Source of the DNA: Nemertoderma westbladi
Taxonomy: Eukaryota > Animalia > Xenacoelomorpha
DNA length: 64,000 nucleotides
Direction of reading: 5' to 3'
NCBI GenBank assembly: GCA_032718475.1
Contig: JAUCBJ010007015.1
Coordinates: 9,407 to 73,406, forward strand
The notes under the pieces were generated by a model that saw only the letters and a list, made by a program, of their open reading frames with translations, searched no databases and was not told where the DNA came from. A program made the translations under genes and the position numbers. The stretch's first letter is position 1, and every line of letters begins with the position of its first letter. This document shows, piece by piece, positions 56,386 through 64,000 of this stretch.

Positions 56386-58297
56386 AATGTGGCGTGGTGC
56401 AGGATCACCCCGACAGGGGGAGCTGCACAGGCGCTATTTATTTTCAAAGGCCGATTTTAAACGCTGTTTGCGTCAATGTAAAAGAAATGAAAAAGTAATT
56501 CGGTGCAATAAAATTGCAGAGGCCGAAATTAAGAAAGATTATTCCACTTTTTGGAATTCGGTTAAAAAAGAAAATAGTAGTGCGGTGCCGTTACCAAATG
56601 TAGTTAGTGGTGCAGTTGGTGAGAAGTTGATTGGTAATATGTTTAAGCAGGAATATTGTAATCTTTTAAATTGTTGTGATGCTAATTCAGACGAAAGTAA
56701 AACCAACAGGTCGTTTGTAGATAACTCATTAGAAGATTTATTATTGTAGTGATATGATTATCAGCCCATCTGAGATTAGCTGTGCTATCTCAAATTTAAA
56801 ATTAGGAAAGGCGGTTGGACCAGATGGTATTGCTGCTGAGCATTTTGTGTACAGCAATAGCATTCGGCTCAATACTTTTTTATCGATACTGTTAAGTTCT
56901 ATGAACGTTCATGGGTACATACCTGAAAGTATAATACATAGCGTTATAATTCCCATTATTAAAGATAAAAATGGTCCTCTATGTGATAAATCCAATTATA
57001 GACCAGTTGCGATTGCGACTTTACTAAGTAAGGTATTCGAGTATGTGATATTTTCTCGTATTGAATCCTATTTAATTACTAGTGACTATCAATTCTCGTT
57101 TAAACGCCGCAGTGGTACTGATTTATGTGTATATACACTAAAGGAAATTATTGATTTTTATTTGCACAACTCTTCTAGTGTATATGTCTGTTTTCTAGAT
57201 TCGAGCAAGGCTTTTGATCGGATAGACCACGATATTTTATTTGGCAAATTGATTGACAGAAAGATACCCCTGTTTATTATAAGAGTAATTGTTTTTTGGT
57301 ACCGCAACCAAACGCTTTGTGTTAAATGGGGCGTGACGAAATCAATATCTTTTACTGTGATAAATGGCGTAAAACAGGGTGGAATATTATCACCATATCT
57401 TTTCAATGTGTATATGGATGACCTTAGTTTCAGTTTAGTTGATACAAATGTTGGCTGTATGTTAGATGGGACTAGACTCAATCACATAATGTACGCAGAT
57501 GATATTTGCCTAATATCGAACTCTGCTATTGGCCTACAACGGCTGATTGATAATTGTTTTAAATATTCACAATTACATAATATTATTTTCAATATGAAGA
57601 AAACAAAGGTTATGTACTTTGTAGCTAAGGACTCATTTTGTATGTTTCCTCCCATGTACTTATATGGCATACAGATTGAACGTGCAGTTAAATTTACTTA
57701 TTTAGGTCACGTGATACATGACACCAGAGACGATGACTTCGATATTAGGAAGGCCACACGTGGCATCTATGCTCGAGGTAACATGTTGATGCGTAAATTT
57801 AAATCCTGCTCAACGTCTGTTAAAGTACAATTATTTAGGTCGTTTATAACTCCGGTATATTGCAACGCCTTGTGGTCGCGCAATAATTACTTGCACTCTG
57901 TTCATAATCGTATCAAAGTTGCTTACAACAGTGCTGCTCGATTGCTATTTTCATTACCAGTACGCGGTAGTATGTCGCTGTTTTTTGGTGTGCACAGCTT
58001 GCCGTGCTTTATCCATGTGCGTCATAAATCCATAGTCAATTTATTTAATAGGATTGATGCTACCACTAATAATCTAGTATCAACAGTTGCCGTGGGAACA
58101 CAGCACTGTTCAAGAATGAGATCGATGTTAGATTCCTCAATGTTATACTGATAATATGTTAATAATACCATTTTTGTGCATTCCTTTTAGTAATTAATAT
58201 TTTAGGCCCTAGTGTAGAATATGGATGACGTGTATGTAATTAATAATTATATTGATATATATATATATTGTCTGGAATAAATAAATAAATAAAATAA
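56386..58297 (+). mobile_element. 5'-truncated LINE (CR1/L2/Daphne-like RT) inserted in the 79-bp tandem repeat
   Basis: RT-bearing ORF remnants and a (AATA)n tail at ~58276-58297. TSD AGTA[G/C]CGTAA at 56376-56385 and 58298-58307 (1 mismatch). Confidence 0.9.
56387..58151 (+). pseudogene. Truncated, frameshifted LINE ORF2 (RT domain, no endonuclease)
   Basis: Frames 56387-56749 and 56754-58151 differ. Motifs GKAVGPDGI, NYRPVA, FLDSSKAFDRI, GVKQGGILSPYLFN, YADDI and FTYLG. Confidence 0.9.
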
Positions 58298-61020
58298 AGT
58301 ACCGTAAGAGAGTTAGAAGTTAGAGAATAGGGAGTGTGGTATAGAGACATACCACGAGAGTAGTAGCAGGGTACATAGTACCGTAAGAGAGTTAGAAGTT
58401 AGAGAATAGGGAGTGTGGTATAGAGACATACCACGAGAGTAGTAGCAGGGTACATAGTACCGTAAGAGAGTTAGAAGTTAGAGAATAGGGAGTGTGGTAT
58501 ATAGAGACATACCACAAGAGTAGTAGCAGGGTACATAGTACCGTAAGAGAGTTAGAAGTTAGAGAATAGGGAGTGTGGTATATAGAGACATACCACGAGA
58601 GTAGTAGCAGGGTACATAGTACTGTAAGAGAGTTAGAAGTTAGAGAATAGGGAGTGTGGTATAGAGACACACCACGAGAGTAGTAGCAGGGTACATAGTA
58701 CCGTAAGAGAGTTAGAAGTTAGAGAATAGGGAGTGTGGTATATAGAGACATACCACGAGAGTAGTAGCAGGGTACATAGTACCGTAAGAGGTATAAGTTA
58801 GAGAATAGGGAGTGTGGTATAGAGACATACCACGAGAGTAGTAGCAGGGTACATAGTACTGTAAGAGGTAGAAGTTAGAGAATAGGGAGTGTGGTATAGA
58901 GACATACCACGAGAGTAGTAGCAGGGTACATAGTACCGTAAGAGAGTTAGAAGTTAGAGAATAGGGAGTGTGGTATATAGAGACATACCACGAGAGTAGT
59001 AGCAGGGTACATAGTACTGTAAGAGAGTTAGAAGTTAGAGAATAGGGAGTGTGGTATAGAGACATACCACGAGAGTAGTAGCAGGGTACATAGTACCGTA
59101 AGAGAGTTAGAAGTTAGAGAATAGGGAGTGTGGTATATAGAGACATACCACGAGAGTAGTAGCAGGGTACATAGTACCGTAAGAGAGTTAGAAGTTAGAG
59201 AATAGGGAGTGTGGTATATAGACATACCACGAGAGTAGTAGCAGGGTACATAGTACCGTAAGAGGTATAAGTTAGAGAATAGGGAGTGTGGTATAGAGAC
59301 ATACCACGAGAGTAGTAGCAGGGTACATAGTACCGTAAGAGGTATAAGTTAGAGAATAGGGAGTGTGGTATAGAGACATACCACGAGAGTAGTAGCAGGG
59401 TACATAGTACTGTAAGAGGTAGAAGTTAGAGAATAGGGAGTGTGGTATAGAGACATACCACGAGAGTAGTAGCAGGGTACATAGTACCGTAAGAGAGTTA
59501 GAATTTAGAGAATAGGGAGTGTGGTATATAGACATACCACGAGAGTAGTAGCAGGGTACATAGTACTGTAAGAGAGTTAGAAGTTAGAGAATAGGGAGTG
59601 TGGTATAGAGACACACCACGAGAGTAGTAGCAGGGTACATAGTACCGTAAGAGAGTTAGAAGTTAGAGAATAGGGAGTGTGGTATATAGAGACATACCAC
59701 GAGAGTAGTAGCAGGGTACATAGTACCGTAAGAGGTATAAGTTAGAGAATAGGGAGTGTGGTATAGAGACATACCACGAGAGTAGTAGCAGGGTACATAG
59801 TACTGTAAGAGGTAGAAGTTAGAGAATAGGGAGTGTGGTATAGAGACATACCACGAGAGTAGTAGCAGGGTACATAGTACCGTAAGAGAGTTAGAAGTTA
59901 GAGAATAGGGAGTGTGGTATATAGAGACATACCACGAGAGTAGTAGCAGGGTACATAGTACTGTAAGAGAGTTAGAAGTTAGAGAATAGGGAGTGTGGTA
60001 TAGAGACATACCACGAGAGTAGTAGCAGGGTACATAGTACCGTAAGAGAGTTAGAAGTTAGAGAATAGGGAGTGTGGTATATAGAGACATACCACGAGAG
60101 TAGTAGCAGGGTACATAGTACCGTAAGAGAGTTAGAAGTTAGAGAATAGGGAGTGTGGTATATAGACATACCACGAGAGTAGTAGCAGGGTACATAGTAC
60201 CGTAAGAGGTATAAGTTAGAGAATAGGGAGTGTGGTATAGAGACATACCACGAGAGTAGTAGCAGGGTACATAGTACCGTAAGAGGTATAAGTTAGAGAA
60301 TAGGGAGTGTGGTATAGAGACATACCACGAGAGTAGTAGCAGGGTACATAGTACTGTAAGAGGTAGAAGTTAGAGAATAGGGAGTGTGGTATAGAGACAT
60401 ACCACGAGAGTAGTAGCAGGGTACATAGTACCGTAAGAGAGTTAGAATTTAGAGAATAGGGAGTGTGGTATATAGACATACCACGAGAGTAGTAGCAGGG
60501 TACATAGTACCGTAAGAGAGTTAGAAGTTAGAGAATAGGGAGTGTGGTATATAGAGACATACCACGAGAGTAGTAGCAGGGTACATAGTACTGTAAGAGA
60601 GTTAGAAGTTATAGAATAGGGAGTGTGGTATATAGACATACCACGAGAGTAGTAGCAGGGTACATAGTACCGTAAGAGAGTTAGAAGTTAGAGAATAGGG
60701 AGTGTGGTATATAGAGACATACCACGAGAGTAGTAGCAGGGTACACAGTACCGTAAGAGAGTTAGAAGTTAGAGAATAGGGAGTGTGGTATAGAGACATA
60801 CCACGAGAGTAGTAGCAGGGTACATAGTACCGTAAGAGAGTTAGAAGTTAGAGAATAGGGAGTGTGGTATATAGACATACCACGAGAGTAGTAGCAGGGT
60901 ACACAGTACCGAGAGTGTTAGAAGTTGTGGGCACTGAGGGCGCCACGTAGTAAGATAGTAGAGGGTATGGTATATAGGTATACCATAAGAGTAGTAGTAG
61001 GGTACGTAGTACCATAGAGG
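58298..61020. repeat. 76-81-bp tandem repeat (~33 copies) with an internal 7-bp hairpin and a 944-bp HOR; a degenerate first unit lies left of the LINE (~56290-56385)
   Basis: Unit AGTACCGTAAGAGAGTTAGAAGTTAGAGAATAGGGAGTGTGGTATAGAGACATACCACGAGAGTAGTAGCAGGGTACAT (79 bp) with a GTGGTAT/ATACCAC stem. Identical ORF-track entries are offset by 944 (58712/59656, 59028/59972, 59272/60216). It decays after ~60900. Confidence 0.95.
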
Positions 61021-61542
61021 CTGTGGACATTGAGAGTGCCACGAAAGAGAGATGGGGGCACGTGGGTACAACAGGATAGACCGTGTAGGCCGCACTAGAC
61101 AGACTACTGTACTGCACAGCCCATAGTGTAAGTTTAGGATGTTTGTTACAGGGCCAGGAAGTTACCTGGTACAAAGCTAGCACAGTAGAGAATAGCTAGT
61201 TTTCCCTGTATACAAACTACAGGGGTTATCTAGGTAAAATAACCCGCCATAACCGATAATAGCACACTAAGAGAGAATAAAATAGTATTAGGAGCAAAAT
61301 TTAATAAATTATGGTAACAGTAGGCAAAGGATTCTAGAATCATAATTAAAGTAACGGACAGATTTGAAAATTTAGGAAAATTGGCACTTTGGGGGACATA
61401 TACTTAAAATTATACCATAAAATAGGGTTTCTAGGACATAGGCCATTACTGAACAAATACAGACCATCTTATTAGACGTCACTCATCTAATTGAGCCTTG
61501 GTAAGGCACCACCAATAAGGTGAGTGCGCGAGAAAGTTCGTA

Positions 61543-63075
61543 ATGGCAGAGAGACTAGTTAAGAAGAGAAAGACGGAGAGGAGTGGAAAGGAGATACTAG
61601 TGGACTTCACGCAAAGGCATCCGGAGGAAAAGACGAGGGGATACAAGCCGCTACCGAAGGGTCACAAAGCGTGAGCGCTGCAGGACCACTTTAGGGAGAT
61701 GCACGAGAGACGACTGGTCGGGACCTATGGGATGCCGTCATTGGACAACGCGATCCTCGAGCATTTTCGCTACGTAGTGAAGGGAGACGAAGCAGAGTAC
61801 GGGATACCGAAGTATCCGAGGGAACCACCGAGAAAGGAGTATAGTAGGTTCGTAGAGTCTGTGAGTAGGGGTGGATACATGGTCCTAGACGATGAAGGGA
61901 CTGTGGAGGACGATGAGGGATCGAGAAGAGGGTCGGCGGGATCGGCTAGAACCATACTACTGCATTTGGCTGCGCCAAATGGAGACATCTTTCTATTTGA
62001 TCAAGGAACCTACGGGAAGAAGAGCGGGCCGAAGTTAAACCGGTTGCCGAGGGCGGTGCAGGACTTAGAGAGAGAGAAGACTACAGTGAAGGTGGGGTCG
62101 GCGATCCGTGATGACGCGGAGAGGATCGTCGGACTGGAGACCCCCAACCTCCTGGACATGCAAGCGGTCTATACGGCCATGATGGGGCCAGACGGGTTGG
62201 GATTGGTAGAGAACACAGGACATTGCGGAGCAGTGGCGATGGGTCAGCTCATGGGGCTCGTCTGCCACAAGCCGATGGACTGGGGTAAGTTCCGGGAGGA
62301 GTACGGAGCGGAACTGGCGAACTCGCTGAAATGGGGAGCAAGGCCAGGGAAACAGGAGGTGTATCAGTTCCGAAGGGGAGCGATAAAGATATATCAGAAG
62401 AGATATATCCTACAGGAGGATTGGATAATGATGAGTTTACTAAACCTATTCATGGCCGTGGTTATCGGAAGAGAGCCAACAGCGTTTCTGCTATCAGGAG
62501 CACCTCTAAACTACAGAAGAGCCTTTAAGGTGGCCTTCGAAGTTCTGGTAGACCACCCGGGGCTGAAGGGCGAGTCGGTGTACTACGATAGCCGGCACCT
62601 AGTAGTCAGGTATACACCATACAAGAGGTGGGAGAAGCTGGAAGCGGATAGAGTCGAGGAGAAGAGGCTGGAAGAAATCACCAGGCGAGAAAGGCGGGAA
62701 GCAGACGAGAGAGAGGCGGACATAAGGGGAGAGGACTACGGGTTCGAAGACCAGGACTTGGACGAGCTAAGGTGGGGATCAGGGAGCTCGGGCGAGTTTC
62801 TGGGGGAGGAACTGGGATGGACGGAGGGATCGCCGAAACAGTCAACATCGGGAATGCAAGTGATGCCCATACCAGGGGGCTCTGAGGGCAATTTTGCAAG
62901 GAAGAGACCGAGGGAGCAGGAAGGGTGGAAAGTTACGGGTGGAAACCAAGGCAGAAAGGGGCACAGTGGATCTACCGGGCAACCGGGTCCGGATCCACTC
63001 CCAGCGAGGGAAGAAGATGACGACGATGTCGGGGAGATGCCGACTTCGCAAAGCTGTGCCCAACAAAAGTTATAA
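61543..63075 (+). pseudogene. Intronless DEDDy-type 3'-5' exonuclease (RNase D/WRN/EXD-like) ORF with one in-frame stop and a probably truncated 3' end
   Basis: ExoI-like YMVLDDEG, then ILLHLAAPNGDIFLFD, ExoII-like LPRAVQDL...VKVGSAIRDDAERI, LLDMQ and ExoIII-like QKRYILQED. An upstream ATG at 61543 is in frame, with a single TGA at 61672 before the ATG at 61699. Confidence 0.7.
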
Positions 63076-63104
63076 TAATAATACTGATGTTCTTTATTTC
63101 ATGG

Positions 63105-63155
63105 CCATGGGAGGGGCTAGAGCCCCCTCAGCCCCCCCCTCTGGATCCGCGCCTG
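63105..63155. mobile_element. GC-rich MITE-type terminus fragment
   Basis: GGGGCTAGAGCCCCCTCAGCCCCCCCCTCTGGATCCGCGCCTG resembles the CAGG(C/G)GCGGATCCAG-type end common in invertebrate non-autonomous DNA elements. No partner end is seen. Confidence 0.45.
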
Positions 63156-63560
63156 ATGATGATGGGGTGATGGTAACTCCACCTACTGGCTCCAGAAATA
63201 GAGGGAATCCTGCCAAGTACCTAACTGATCTAGACTTTGCTGATCACTTAGGAGTACTCTCAGAATCACTAGAGGGAGCCCAACGGCTCCTCAGCTCATT
63301 AGAACATGCTGCTTCTAGTGTTGGTCTTTTTATTAACCCCAGAAAGGCCAAAATTTTGACAGTTAACTTTGAAAGTTCTCAGCAAGTCTCTGATCGGATG
63401 AGCATAAGCTCAAAGGATGGTATGCTTGAGCATGTGGACGACTTCTGTTACCTGGATCATGGATCCGGAAATCAGGTGAGGACCTTCGAATACGTAAGGG
63501 AAAGGCATGGGCAGCCTTGAATAGGCTTTCCAGGATTTGGAAGTCACATAGAATTACTAC
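63156..63560 (+). pseudogene. RTE-clade LINE RT fragment (degenerate)
   Basis: LTDLDFADHLGVLSESLEGAQRLL...VGLFINPRKAKIL and HVDDFCYL, then a frameshift to GSWI...RKGKAWAALNRLSRIWKS. The catalytic FADD is mutated to FADH. Confidence 0.85.
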
Positions 63561-64000
63561 TAGTATCGGCATGCTGCATTTTTAAGAATGCTGTGCCGGC
63601 TTGTCGACAAAATTGCGTCGCCACAACTCCCTATCACCCATGAAATTTGCTAGATCATCCGCATCTTCAAGGCCACTGGCCTTGAAGATGCGGTTGCTCT
63701 AGAAAATGTCATGGGCTGTCCACCATGCTTATTCACTCCATGAGGCTGCCAAAGTACAAGATTATGCACTGGCTGGTCCTCACGGCGAAAGCAATGTCCT
63801 GCAAAGCGGAGGCGATTTTGTTCTAGTGTCAAGCTTGGGGGAACCAATGAGACACTTCCAATGTAATATAGTGTCTGGTTGGAGATGTGTGCATTGTACT
63901 TGACACAATGAACCCGGCGTAGCATTCTTGTGAATGTGCCATCCAGAGATTTGGTGTCCTCAGCAGTTAGAGCCCAGCATGGACTCCCATAGAGGAGTAC
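63555..64000 (-). pseudogene. RTE-clade LINE 3' end in the opposite orientation
   Basis: LLYGSPCWALT...LDGTFTRMLRRV, LRFAGHCFR and C-terminal MGDRELWRR, with a stop near 63583 and a short TAG-like tail. Confidence 0.85.

Larger units (their letters stand above)
54909..63060 (+). mobile_element. Probable LTR-retrotransposon-like element (candidate 5' LTR 54909-55550, long leader with tandem repeat, exonuclease ORF), disrupted
   Basis: The satellite ends abruptly at TGTAAGCGG. A candidate LTR end ...CGTACA (55550) gives TGTA/TACA termini. The plus strand is purine-rich with intronless ORFs. No second LTR, clear PBS, gag or pol is visible. Confidence 0.4.

Noticed and set aside
58392-61183. Minus-strand ORFs of the YHTPYSLTSNSLTVLCTLLLLSWY type
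   Set aside because: They are translations of the 79-bp tandem repeat.
43070-64000. Additional PLSCR exons in the non-satellite segments
   Set aside because: I found no scramblase-like peptide (e.g. EIQAPPG...GYV) by eye, and these segments look TE-derived. A very short or diverged exon cannot be fully excluded.

Overview
Eukaryotic (metazoan, probably invertebrate) DNA that is almost entirely repetitive. The only host coding sequence I can find is one 227-bp minus-strand exon (34042-34268) of a phospholipid scramblase (PLSCR family) gene, which would make the rest of the window intron (at least 34 kb downstream and at least 29 kb upstream). The downstream intron is a 28-bp satellite (roughly 900 units) whose unit is the exon/intron junction itself: the last 12 exon nt plus GTAAGTACCGCAAGTA, so it is an array of 5' splice donors. 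The upstream intron begins with a 21/24-bp satellite that reads like a branch point plus 3' acceptor on the transcribed strand. An apparently intact 7.5-kb APE-RT LINE sits in the donor satellite. Its ORF1 carries a Cys-rich CXC-like N-terminus, Pro/Ser repeats, a Ulp1/SENP (C48) SUMO-protease domain, a coiled coil and an RRM-like domain, and its ORF2 has no AUG ahead of the endonuclease. Other nested inserts are a hairpin-ended non-autonomous DNA element containing a very young non-coding LTR element (TG...TA ends, CACTC TSD), a probable LTR-like element with a 79-bp tandem repeat and a DEDDy 3'-5' exonuclease ORF, a 5'-truncated LINE and RTE fragments. Nearly all ORFs in the supplied track are satellite artefacts. 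Domain and family calls are from motif recognition by eye, with no database search.
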